Below are positions 38,198 through 46,958 of a DNA stretch of 64,000 nucleotides, piece after piece. Each line of letters begins with the position of its first letter. Position 1 is the stretch's first letter. The translations under genes were made by a program, and so were the position numbers. The stretch spans positions 1 to 64,000 of the forward strand of contig JAOZFI010000041.1 of assembly GCA_027491395.1 (NCBI GenBank). The letters run 5' to 3'. The notes beneath the pieces are model-generated. The model saw nothing but the letters and a program-made list of their open reading frames with translations. It was not told where the DNA came from and searched no databases. This DNA comes from Thermoproteota archaeon. GTDB lineage: Archaea; Korarchaeota; Korarchaeia; Korarchaeales; Korarchaeaceae.

Positions 38198-38426
38198 CCT
38201 TATCCCTGAACCACTTCCAGAACTTGGTGAATGCATCCATGCTCTCCGTCTCAACCTGTATGACCCCGTTGTACTCCGTTCCCCAAGCGTGATCGTAAAC
38301 ACCGATCAACCTGATCTCTGGAGGCCACTCCTCCATTATATCCTCCCACTGCCTCCTCGCTTTCTCCTCCTCTTCCTCGGTTAGCTCCCTAAGTTTGTAG
38401 AAGATCAGTAGCACGTAAGTTGGCAT
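38148..38426 (-). CDS. Small hypothetical protein, probably dimeric alpha+beta barrel (GYD-like)
   Basis: 92 aa, SD AGGTGA, beta-alpha-beta-beta-alpha-beta pattern. Confidence 0.65.
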   Translation of the reverse strand: MPTYVLLIFYKLRELTEEEEEKARRQWEDIMEEWPPEIRLIGVYDHAWGTEYNGVIQVETESMDAFTKFWKWFRDKVRWYVPETKTVVALKR

Positions 38427-38438
38427 GAACTATCACCT

Positions 38439-40001
38439 CTAGAAGGGATTGTGGAACTTATATAAACTTCCTGACATGCCTAGCCGACGCTTCTGGGGGA
38501 GCCAGCACTTATGCATGCATCCGGTGCACGAGATATCGCATCCCGGTGTGGGTAAACCCTCCATGGCCCTCCTCAGCTCTTCAGATAGGAAGTCCCTACT
38601 CACCCCCGTGTCAACGTACTCCCACCAGGGTGCGTCCCTCTCCCCGTAGACTATGGAATCCAGATCTATTCCCATATTATTGGCTAGGGAGCGATAAGCT
38701 CCTCTATTGTAGGGAATTCTAGCCCCTCTCTTGAGGAGTTTCGCTATCTCCAAGCCTCCCACCGACATGAAAGTCTGAATGTACGCCCTGCCGTAGTGCA
38801 TGACGTTGACCTGTCCCCGGAAACTCCTCCTGAATATTGAGATCCTCCTCCTGATGTCCTCCTCGCGGGCGAGCGGGACCGTCTCGAAAGGCGTCCCGGC
38901 CTTGGGAATGAAGATGCTCACCGTGACCTTCGTGTTTACGAACTTCCCTACCCTGCTCGCCAGTCGACCCGATTCCTCCACATCCCGATCGGTCTCGGAG
39001 GGAAGGCCCACCATGAAGTAGAGCTTGAGATGTCTCATGCCTGAATCCTCGGCCTCTTCTGCCACCCTCACGAACTCCTCATTATCTATCGTCTTGTTCA
39101 CCACGGCCTTCATTCTCTCACTACCGGTCTCAGGGGCTAGTGTGAGCATGCTCTCGCCAACGCTCACCGCCAACTCTATGAGCTCTCTATCCACTTGATC
39201 AGCCCTGAGGGAGGGCAATGTGACGCGAAGTCCTTTTTCAGAGGCCCACTGAAGCAGATCCTTTATTAACTTTGAAGATGCAGCGTCACTACCTATGACG
39301 TATATTCCCTTGAATCCCAGCTCATGGGCCCTCTCGACGGCTACCTCCAAGTCCTTAGGATCCGGATCCAGCCGGGGTCTCCAGTGCCAGCCCAGCATGC
39401 AGAACCTACAACCCCACCCGCACCCCCTAGATATCTCCACCAGATAGCTGTTTACCGGTTCGTTCCCACGGAAGACTATTATCTGGTTTTCAAGGGGCTT
39501 CAAACTCCTTACTCTCTTGAATTCAGCTCTGTTCATGATACTTGGAAGGAAGAATCCATCGCCAGCCAATTCCTCAATAGAGCCCCCCGCCAACGAGTTC
39601 TCTACCAGCGAAGGGATGAGGACCTCCCCATCTCCCACACCGACCGCATCAACCAAGGAACTTATCGGCAGAGGGTTCGCTGAAACGGCTGGTCCGCCGA
39701 CCACAACTGGCTTGCGCGCTCCATCTAACATCCTGTACAGCACGGGATACTGACCCTCGAAGTGGATTGTAGCTAGTATTAGGTCGAACTCGTCGAGCGA
39801 TCTCCCGCTCTCCACCGATCCCTTCAGGTCGGTCACGAACCTCTCGGCCATGACATCATCGAAAGAGTTCAGGAGGAAGTAGAGTATCTGATGCCCCAAC
39901 GAGTTTATAGCCGCAAGGTAGGGCGCGGGGTAGACTAAAGCGATCTTCAGCCGATAATCCCGTGGATCCCTATCGTAGAATCCGCCTTCTTCCCTCAGCA
40001 A
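38439..40001 (-). CDS. Radical SAM protein with B12-binding-like N-terminal domain
   Basis: ALVYP..Y...NSLG, GGP..ANP, EISRGCGWGCRFC, PSLRAD, APETGSE, YFMVGLP. Confidence 0.88.
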   Translation of the reverse strand: MLREEGGFYDRDPRDYRLKIALVYPAPYLAAINSLGHQILYFLLNSFDDVMAERFVTDLKGSVESGRSLDEFDLILATIHFEGQYPVLYRMLDGARKPVVVGGPAVSANPLPISSLVDAVGVGDGEVLIPSLVENSLAGGSIEELAGDGFFLPSIMNRAEFKRVRSLKPLENQIIVFRGNEPVNSYLVEISRGCGWGCRFCMLGWHWRPRLDPDPKDLEVAVERAHELGFKGIYVIGSDAASSKLIKDLLQWASEKGLRVTLPSLRADQVDRELIELAVSVGESMLTLAPETGSERMKAVVNKTIDNEEFVRVAEEAEDSGMRHLKLYFMVGLPSETDRDVEESGRLASRVGKFVNTKVTVSIFIPKAGTPFETVPLAREEDIRRRISIFRRSFRGQVNVMHYGRAYIQTFMSVGGLEIAKLLKRGARIPYNRGAYRSLANNMGIDLDSIVYGERDAPWWEYVDTGVSRDFLSEELRRAMEGLPTPGCDISCTGCMHKCWLPQKRRLGMSGSLYKFHNPF

Positions 40002-40017
40002 ATGGGATCTCCCCTAG

Positions 40018-40090
40018 TGGGCCGGGGGGGACTCGAACCCCCGACCTCCGCCTCGTAAGGGCGGCGTCATAGCCGCTAGACCACCGGCCC
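40018..40090 (-). tRNA. tRNA-Val(TAC)
   Basis: GGGCCGG acceptor, CCGCC-CT-TAC-GA-GGCGG, GGTTCGAGT; no encoded CCA. Confidence 0.95.
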
Positions 40091-40098
40091 TGTGAAAG

Positions 40099-40201
40099 TG
40101 GCGCCGGGGGAGGGATTCGAACCCTCGCGGCCCAATGGGCCACTGGCTTTCCGCAGGAGGCTTTAGCAGGCCAGCCCCCTACCAGGCTAGGGCACCCCGG
40201 C
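40099..40201 (-). tRNA. tRNA-Ser(GCT) with a 15-nt intron (40149-40163) at 37/38, CCA encoded
   Basis: CTGGC-CT-GCT-A[AAGCCTCCTGCGGAA]A-GCCAG; BHB with CTGC/GCGG central helix; long variable arm. Confidence 0.93.
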
Positions 40202-40231
40202 CCTCCACCGCACCTATGGCGGAGCGGATTT

Positions 40232-40996
40232 TTAAACTTCACTTGAGCGAAGGAGATCCTCAACCCTCGCAGGAGAGAGGGTGGAAAGCACGGCTCCAGG
40301 GAGATGAGGGCCCAGCCTCGGGATCAGTCCCTTCGCTTGAGTCCCAAGCTTACACACGAGAGCGTGGGACAGGAAAGAGGTCCTTACAACGCTCACATCC
40401 CTCTTATGACCCGTCCTCGTGAGGGCCCTCCTGACCTGCTTCGGAGTCGCTCTAACGATGAAGAGGACATCCCGACCCCTGTTCATCCATCCCCTCACCA
40501 TCGCAACCTGTTTGGGTGACAGGGACACGTACACGCCGCTTTCATCCTTTCGGAGGACCCTCAACTCCAAGGCTAGGTCGTCAACGAAACCGTAGGCTCT
40601 GGCTATCTTCCTAGCGGGTAACCTCATTCCCTTAGCCAGCTGGTTTCTCATCTCGAAGAGCGGATAGAGAGCATCCTTTTCCTCCTTGAATGCCTTGAAA
40701 TAGACCCCGAAACCCACCTTACCGACATCTGTGAGGAAGCCCTTGAACGTGTCCCCGATCTTCACCTCGTGTATGCTGGGCAGCTTGCCGTAAGTCTTGA
40801 TTATCAGATTCTCCGCTATTCCCTCATCCGGACCTGACACAGAGACCTTCACCCACCCCCCTTCAGTGTCTAGATCCAGCTCTGGTACCTCCAAACCCTT
40901 CATGTAACCCAGCATCTCCCAACCGAGCTCCTCGAGGATGTCTTCCTTCGGAAGGCCCTTAGATATCCTCTCTTGGATGAGTAGGGTGCGCGTCAA
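40232..40996 (-). CDS. DUF2110 family protein (S1-like)
   Basis: GWVKV..G.DE, VGFGVY, G.VDD, GT.A.GLI..LG; follows TFE as in other archaea. Confidence 0.75.
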   Translation of the reverse strand: MTRTLLIQERISKGLPKEDILEELGWEMLGYMKGLEVPELDLDTEGGWVKVSVSGPDEGIAENLIIKTYGKLPSIHEVKIGDTFKGFLTDVGKVGFGVYFKAFKEEKDALYPLFEMRNQLAKGMRLPARKIARAYGFVDDLALELRVLRKDESGVYVSLSPKQVAMVRGWMNRGRDVLFIVRATPKQVRRALTRTGHKRDVSVVRTSFLSHALVCKLGTQAKGLIPRLGPHLPGAVLSTLSPARVEDLLRSSEV

Positions 40997-41550
40997 CTTG
41001 CCTCTCCTTCCAGCGACTCCAGCGCTCTATTAAGAACATCGAGCATTCTCTCTATCTCTTCCAGTATCTTCTCCCTGTCCACCGGTTCCAACATAGCGCC
41101 GCACACCGGACAAACGAGGCCAGATTCGTCCATTCGCGATATCACCTCATCGAAGCTCAGCCTTATGTGGGTGGGGTCGGCGGCGCATACGTAGTACTCC
41201 CCGGAGGACTCCTCCTCCTTCCTCGTGATGAGCATCTCCCTCACCTCCTTGAACCTCCTCAGGAGGAAGGATTTGGCTAAGTCGCTGTTTATCCTCCAGT
41301 AAGTGAGCCTGTTCCCCACCTCGTCCTCCTTTGTACCCAACTGCACGACCAAGTTGGAGTCCTGCATCCTATAGAGGAGCTGCCGCAGCTCTGTCGGTGG
41401 CAGTTTCAGTTTCTCCTGCATCTCTCCCTCCTCCAGAACACCGTCCTTGGCAAAATTGACCATCTTCCTAGCGAGGCTCAAGTCCCTAGCGACAACGGCG
41501 AGCGCTAGAACTATCAAGTCCTCTTCACTCATGTTTTTGGTCTCCCTCAT
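40993..41550 (-). CDS. tfe: Transcription factor E alpha
   Basis: Winged helix (ELRQLLY, TYW), Zn ribbon YYVC...CPVCG.ML. Confidence 0.88.
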   Translation of the reverse strand: MRETKNMSEEDLIVLALAVVARDLSLARKMVNFAKDGVLEEGEMQEKLKLPPTELRQLLYRMQDSNLVVQLGTKEDEVGNRLTYWRINSDLAKSFLLRRFKEVREMLITRKEEESSGEYYVCAADPTHIRLSFDEVISRMDESGLVCPVCGAMLEPVDREKILEEIERMLDVLNRALESLEGEAS

Positions 41551-41590
41551 CTAGTAAAGTTTATTACCGGCCTTATCGATCTAACCAATG

Positions 41591-41665
41591 GCCCCGGTAG
41601 CTCAGCCCGGTCAGAGCGGCCGCCTCGTAAGCGGCAGGTCGCGGGTTCGAATCCCGCCCGGGGCT
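41591..41665 (+). tRNA. tRNA-Thr(CGT)
   Basis: GCCCCGG acceptor, GCCGC-CT-CGT-AA-GCGGC, GGTTCGAATCC. Confidence 0.95.
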
Positions 41666-41730
41666 CTCATTCAGAATATCCCTGAACTCTCAAATAAGTT
41701 TTACTAAATCTCATGGGGTCTCGGGGAGAA

Positions 41731-41804
41731 TGGGGCCGCCGGGATTTGAACCCGGGACCTCCGGCTCCCGAGGCCGGCATCCTACCAAGCTAGACCACGG
41801 CCCC
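41731..41804 (-). tRNA. tRNA-Pro(CGG)
   Basis: GGGGCCG acceptor, CCGGC-CT-CGG-GA-GCCGG, GGTTCAAATCC. Confidence 0.95.
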
Positions 41805-41843
41805 AGTTCCAAGTAATCCACACCGTACGATAAAAAGCTTTTC

Positions 41844-42362
41844 TCAGGGACCACCTAATTCCTCTAAGATCTCGGAGAGGGCTTTCTTGAGCTCAGTGTA
41901 TGTATTCCTCAGGGCATCGCTGACGACCTTCGTATTGCCTATCACCGGCATGAAGTTCGTATCCCCGTTCCAGCGGGGGACTATGTGTATGTGCACGTGT
42001 CCCTCGAAACCGGCCCCGGCGGCCTTCCCTATATTTGCCCCAACGTTGAATCCCTCTGGATTCATGGCCCTCCTCAAGGTGAGCATGGACAGGCGTATCA
42101 GTCTCCACATATCTTTAGCTTCATCCTCCGTCAGGTCCTCTATGCTGGCTACGTGCCTGTAGGGCGCCACCATTAGGTGGCCCGGGTTATAGGGATATTT
42201 GTTCAGTATGATGAAGCAGTGCTCGGATCTGTGCAGGATTAGGTTCTCCTCATCCCTGCCCTCAGCTGGTAGGGTGCAGAATATGCACTCTTTTTCCCCC
42301 TCAGTGGCGAGCAACTTGATATAGGGCATCCTCCATACTGCCCAGAGTCTTCTAAGGCTCAA
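41844..42362 (-). CDS. HIT family hydrolase
   Basis: LWA.WRM.YI, CIFC, NKYPYNPGH, HVHIHIVPRW.GD.NF. Confidence 0.93.
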   Translation of the reverse strand: MSLRRLWAVWRMPYIKLLATEGEKECIFCTLPAEGRDEENLILHRSEHCFIILNKYPYNPGHLMVAPYRHVASIEDLTEDEAKDMWRLIRLSMLTLRRAMNPEGFNVGANIGKAAGAGFEGHVHIHIVPRWNGDTNFMPVIGNTKVVSDALRNTYTELKKALSEILEELGGP

Positions 42363-42724
42363 CTAGCTCCCTCCGTGAGCCTCAAGATGGCCTCCGCTAG
42401 ATCACCACCAGCTTCTATAAGTGCCTTTCTGGCGGTCTCCCTGTCCACTCCCGCCTGTGAGGCGACCAGAGAGATATCCTCCTCAGTGGGTTCGTAGACC
42501 TCCTCACCCTTCTCCTCTATCTCAGAGACCTTCTCCACTTTCCCCATCACTTGATAGATCTCTTCCCCTCCCACTTTAGTCACCGAGACCTGAGGATCGG
42601 ATATGCGCAGGGCCGTTCCGTCCCTTAGCCTTATCAAGACCTCCTCCGCATCCAGCGTCCGGACCTTCACCCCTATGCTCCTCAGCATCTTTTCCAAGTC
42701 CTTAGGCCTGAACTTTCTCATCAT
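42359..42724 (-). CDS. nac: Nascent polypeptide-associated complex protein
   Basis: NAC domain (AEEVLI, P.V, YQV.G) plus UBA (EDI.LVA.QAGV, GDLAEAI). Confidence 0.93.
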   Translation of the reverse strand: MMRKFRPKDLEKMLRSIGVKVRTLDAEEVLIRLRDGTALRISDPQVSVTKVGGEEIYQVMGKVEKVSEIEEKGEEVYEPTEEDISLVASQAGVDRETARKALIEAGGDLAEAILRLTEGAS

Positions 42725-42790
42725 ATGGGCCTTGAGTTCGAGTAAAAGTAAAGTTTACCTTAGGCGGGAGGGGTATGGGAGCGAGGGACC

Positions 42791-43345
42791 TTGTCGGAGG
42801 AAGTCTATGTCTGTGAGATATGCGGCGGTACCTTCGTCGGTAAACCTGTGATAGTTGATCTGGATGGTTACAAGGCGATGGTCTGTCCGAGCTGCGCTAG
42901 AAAACTCTTGAGGAAAAGGGAAAAGAAGGAAATGAAGGTCGCCATAAGGGAGACCAAGGCAGAAGCGCCATTGAAGAGGGAACCTCCCAGAAAGCCTCCT
43001 AAAGGAGTCCCCACTCCCAAGAGGAGGAAAGTTGAGGAAATAGAGTACGTGGAGGGTTATGGGGCTAAGATAAGGGAGGCTAGGGAATCCTTAGGCCTAA
43101 CCATAGAGCAGGTGGCTGCGGCTTTGAACATAAAGGCATCTCTCCTCCGTAATATTGAGGCGGAGAAGGTCATCCCACCTTACGAGGTGGCTCGAGCTAT
43201 AGAGAAATTGCTGGAGATCTCCATAATACAGAGGAACCCCGAGAGGAGCGCGTCTGCCCTGCCAGAAACGGCCCCTCCCACATCCATAAAATCAATTACC
43301 TTGGGTGAGATAGTAGAGGTGAAGAAGAAGAGGAGGAAGAGGTAA
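42791..43345 (+). CDS. mbf1: Multiprotein bridging factor aMBF1
   Basis: CEICG..VC..C Zn ribbon plus HTH (IREARE..GLT.EQ), TLGEIV. Confidence 0.92.
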   Translation: MSEEVYVCEICGGTFVGKPVIVDLDGYKAMVCPSCARKLLRKREKKEMKVAIRETKAEAPLKREPPRKPPKGVPTPKRRKVEEIEYVEGYGAKIREARESLGLTIEQVAAALNIKASLLRNIEAEKVIPPYEVARAIEKLLEISIIQRNPERSASALPETAPPTSIKSITLGEIVEVKKKRRKR

Positions 43346-44512
43346 ATGCCCACAAACATACCTCCCGAGGCTCAGGCCAAATGGGAGGAATATTCAAAGG
43401 CAAAAACACCGGAAGAGAAGCTTCAGAAGTTGAAAGAGTTCTACGCCCTGATACCGAAGCACAAGGGAACCGAGAAGATGGAGAAGTTCATCAAGAGGAG
43501 GATGGCCGAGCTGAGAGAGGAAATCGAGAGGAGAAGAACGAGCAAGAAGTCCAGAGGCCCATCCCTCATGATTGAGAAGAGGGGAGCAGCTCAGATGGTT
43601 CTAATAGGTTTCACTAACTCGGGACGGAGCACTATACTGTCGACCCTGACTAACGCCAGAGTTGAGATCTCCCCGAATCCTTTCACAACAATAAGGCCGG
43701 TGGAGGGAATGATGGAATTCAAGGGAGCCCAGATACAGATAGTAGAGGCTCCTCCCATAATACCTCAGGCCCAAGGGGGTCCCACCAATCTCTCGGTGGC
43801 CCTAGCTGGGAACGCGGACATCCTAGGCTTAGTCGTCAGCTCCATCGATGATCCGATCATCCAATTGAACGAGCTGGTCTCCCTCTTGGAGTCTAGGGGG
43901 ATAGTGCTGGAAAGGCCGAGTGGGAGGGTGAGGATAAGGAGGAGCAGGGCAGCCCCCACTATAATAATCGTGAACAAGGGCAGGATCTTGGACGGTAACG
44001 AGAGGGATATCAAGGAGATCCTGAGATCCTACGGCATTGAACGGGCTTGGGTCGAGATCGAGGGTAAAGTGACCCTCGAAGACGTGGAGGAAGCCGTTTT
44101 CGGCGAGAAGAAGTATAAACCATTCATAATATTCCTCACCAAGATGGATCTGACTGGAGACGATTACCTACTGCGAGAGGTGGAAGCTAGATATGGAGAG
44201 AAGGCCTTGGCCGTGATCTCCTTCCCGACCAAGCTGCCTAATAACGATGAACTGGGCGCGATGATCCTCAAGGAACTTGGACTCATAAGGGTGTTCACGA
44301 AGGCTAGGAATGAGAGGGAACCCTCCGAGAAGGCAGTCATCTTGGAGAGGGGATCCACCGTCTTGGATCTGGCCAAGTTCATCCACCAATCTTTCAAGGA
44401 GAGGTTCAGATACGCCAAGGTCTGGTCGGACAGGCTCCCCTACTCGCCAATGAAGGTCGGAGCTGACTTTGTCTTGGAGGACGGCGACGTAGTGGAGATA
44501 GTGGTCAGGTGA
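43346..44512 (+). CDS. DRG-like OBG-family GTPase with TGS domain (degenerate G motifs)
   Basis: MPTNIP, PKHKGTE, GFTNSGRST, PFTT, TKMD, LIRVFTK, LEDGDVVE. Confidence 0.88.
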   Translation: MPTNIPPEAQAKWEEYSKAKTPEEKLQKLKEFYALIPKHKGTEKMEKFIKRRMAELREEIERRRTSKKSRGPSLMIEKRGAAQMVLIGFTNSGRSTILSTLTNARVEISPNPFTTIRPVEGMMEFKGAQIQIVEAPPIIPQAQGGPTNLSVALAGNADILGLVVSSIDDPIIQLNELVSLLESRGIVLERPSGRVRIRRSRAAPTIIIVNKGRILDGNERDIKEILRSYGIERAWVEIEGKVTLEDVEEAVFGEKKYKPFIIFLTKMDLTGDDYLLREVEARYGEKALAVISFPTKLPNNDELGAMILKELGLIRVFTKARNEREPSEKAVILERGSTVLDLAKFIHQSFKERFRYAKVWSDRLPYSPMKVGADFVLEDGDVVEIVVR

Positions 44513-44521
44513 TTCTATCCC

Positions 44522-45202
44522 ATGAGCGCCGAGCACGAGAAGAGGGTGGTCGCCAGAAAGGCGCTAGAGCTACTGAAAGAGGAGAAGGTTGAGTTACTCG
44601 GCCTCGGATCCGGTACGACAGTAGCAGTGTTCGTGGAGGAGCTTGCGAAGAGCGACCTAGGAGCCAAGATAAAGGCCATACCTTCATCCAGCCAGATAGA
44701 GACCGAGGCTAGGAGACATGGATTGACGCTGGTGAGTCCTGAGTACGGAAAGCCAGATCTCACCATAGACGGGGCCGATGAGATAGATGATGAGCTCAAC
44801 CTGCTCAAGGGGGGAGGTGGTGCCCTCGTCAGGGAGAAGATCTTGGCTATGAGTAGCAGCTACTACTTGGTGATAGCGGATCATTCCAAGGTGGTGAACA
44901 GGCTGTGCACTAATAGACCTTTACCGGTGGAGGTCCTCCCTTACGGGTATCTATGGACTAAGGAGCTTATAGAAGGCGCATTGAATTCAGAAGCTCGATT
45001 ACGCTACTCTGGAGACGGAATCTTCGTGTCGGATAATGGAAACTACATATTGGATGTACACTGCCAACCCCTAGAGGAACCGGAATCGGTCGAAAAGCTC
45101 TTGAAGCTATATCCCGGAGTCGTGGAGGTAGGCATATTCACTGAACTGACAGATGAGGCCTTAATAGCCTTCGGAGATGAGGTAAGGAGCTTCACCCCGT
45201 GA
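44522..45202 (+). CDS. rpiA: Ribose-5-phosphate isomerase A
   Basis: GLGSGTT, IDGADE, KGGGGALVREK, DNGN, PGVVEVGIF. Confidence 0.96.
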   Translation: MSAEHEKRVVARKALELLKEEKVELLGLGSGTTVAVFVEELAKSDLGAKIKAIPSSSQIETEARRHGLTLVSPEYGKPDLTIDGADEIDDELNLLKGGGGALVREKILAMSSSYYLVIADHSKVVNRLCTNRPLPVEVLPYGYLWTKELIEGALNSEARLRYSGDGIFVSDNGNYILDVHCQPLEEPESVEKLLKLYPGVVEVGIFTELTDEALIAFGDEVRSFTP

Positions 45203-45239
45203 AGCCACCCTTTTTATTTCGATCTGGGTGACTGTTAGT

Positions 45240-45561
45240 GGGCGGTGGGGTAGGGCCGGGGGAGTAGCCGTCCCCTGAGCCGGAAGGCTAATGCCGGGGC
45301 CAGTAACTCCCGGGGGCGGTAGCGGGCAAGGAGCTCCCTCCCTCCCTCGGACCGATGATCTTTGGCGCTGGCGGGCCGCCGGTGGGGCATCCCCGTCCGG
45401 AGGGGCGGGGTGAGCCCCTTTACCACCGAAACGGGTCAGGCCCGGAAGGGAGCAGCCCTAAGGTGGACGGTCGGCGCTGCCAGTGTGCTGGGGTGAGCGT
45501 CCGGGGGAGAATGAGGGGGGGCTCCCGAACCCGCTATCCACCTCGGGGGAGCCCACCGCCC
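45240..45561 (+). ncRNA. ffs: Archaeal SRP (7S) RNA
   Basis: Terminal helix GGGCGGTGGG/CCCACCGCCC, Alu-like GGCCGGGGG..CCCCTG, helix 8 GGGTCAGGCCCGGAAGGGAGCAGCCC; TTTTTATT promoter at about 45211. Confidence 0.95.
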
Positions 45562-45575
45562 AAATAAAATAGAGA

Positions 45576-45803
45576 TCAGATGAGCTGGACCTCGGTTCCG
45601 TCCTCCTTGATCTCATATATGTGTATTATGTTGACGGGACAGGCCTGAGCCGCCTCCATGTTGCAACCAAGGTCGTCAAGCTCGGTCTTTATCGGGCTAG
45701 CTAGCCCGTCGTCCTCGATCACCCAGTTGTCCGGGCAAAGAGAGGCACAAACTCCATCGGCTATGCAGGACTCCCTATCATGGACTATCTTGTACTTAGC
45801 CAT
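45576..45803 (-). CDS. fdx: Monocluster ferredoxin (CxxDxxC type)
   Basis: CIADGVCASLCP...AAQACP, like Thermococcales ferredoxin. Confidence 0.92.
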   Translation of the reverse strand: MAKYKIVHDRESCIADGVCASLCPDNWVIEDDGLASPIKTELDDLGCNMEAAQACPVNIIHIYEIKEDGTEVQLI

Positions 45804-45926
45804 ACCTAACACCCCCTAAGGGCGTGATAAGTGGGAGGAGATCCTATTTAACCTTTTTATGACAATAGGGGGAGCTGAATTACCCCACTGGGAGGATTGT
45901 TAGGCTAAAAATAGAATTCAAATTCG

Positions 45927-46376
45927 TTAACACGATCTACTCTCCAAAAATTTCTCGAATCTTTCCTTAAAATCATTTACGCATTCCTCGAGGAAGGACA
46001 TCAGCATCGAAATGCGGAGGATTGTCTCATCACCAACTCCGTGCTCCACCCAGCAGGCTTCCTCCCTAGCTTTCTTCTCTTCCATGCTTAAGATCTCCCT
46101 TAAAAACTTGTAAAACACCTCCTCCCTGTTGAGCGTGGAGGAGGCTATCCTCTCGCCCTCCGGGGTGAGGTCTATGTACCCGTACTTCTCGTAACTGATC
46201 AATCCCAGACCGGAAAGCCTCTTCGCAGCATCAGTGACGCTCGATAGCCTGACACCCATCTCCTCAGCTAATTCCTTCACTCTCACAACCTTCTTTCCCT
46301 TCCTCTTGAGTCTGTAAATAGCGGTCAGGTATTCTTGGAGCCCGGGAGTTATCTCTTCCTCCTTCCGATGGGTCAT
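45927..46376 (-). CDS. DtxR/MntR-family metal-dependent regulator
   Basis: EYLTAIY, ELAEEMGV..SSV, YEKY..LT.EG, EAC.VEH. Confidence 0.92.
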   Translation of the reverse strand: MTHRKEEEITPGLQEYLTAIYRLKRKGKKVVRVKELAEEMGVRLSSVTDAAKRLSGLGLISYEKYGYIDLTPEGERIASSTLNREEVFYKFLREILSMEEKKAREEACWVEHGVGDETILRISMLMSFLEECVNDFKERFEKFLESRSC

Positions 46377-46436
46377 TTCTAACCGAGGTTAAACTTGGTG
46401 CAAGAATATTAAGATGGTCTCCCCCACCACACCTGT

Positions 46437-46958
46437 ATGCCCGCTTCGGTCCCGGAGGAACACAAGGCCAGAGCGCCCAGGTCGGTATCTTTCTCCCTCT
46501 ACATAGTGAGTACCTCTAGATCCTCTGGAAAGGGCAAGGAAGACCTAACTGGAGATCTCGCTGAGGGCTTAATAAGGAAAGAAGGTCACAGACTGATCAG
46601 GAGGGAAATAATACCTGACAGACCTAGTGCTATCAGGAATGCCCTCCTCAAGGCAACCCGTGATTCGGATGTCATAATATTCAGCGGAGGGACCGGGCTG
46701 CATCCAACCGATGTAACCCCAGATACGGTGGAGCCTCTCCTAGATAGGAAGATACCGGGATTCGGGGAGCTGTTCAGGTGGTTGAGCTACGAACAGGTGG
46801 GCAGCGCGGCCATGGCAAGCAGAGCTTCCGCTGGGGTCTTCAATGGGTCGCTGGTCTTCCTCCTACCTGGATCTCCGGATGGAGTGGAGCTAGCACTCAC
46901 CAAACTCATACTTCCCGAAGCCGCTCATCTAGTGTACTTGGTCAGGGGAGACCACTAA
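46437..46958 (+). CDS. moaB: Molybdopterin adenylyltransferase MoaB/MogA
   Basis: GGTG...DVT, IPGFGELFR, SRA, LPGSP. Confidence 0.93.
   Translation: MPASVPEEHKARAPRSVSFSLYIVSTSRSSGKGKEDLTGDLAEGLIRKEGHRLIRREIIPDRPSAIRNALLKATRDSDVIIFSGGTGLHPTDVTPDTVEPLLDRKIPGFGELFRWLSYEQVGSAAMASRASAGVFNGSLVFLLPGSPDGVELALTKLILPEAAHLVYLVRGDH

Noticed and set aside
45235-45567. Short ORFs on both strands between rpiA and ferredoxin
   Set aside because: The region is the SRP RNA
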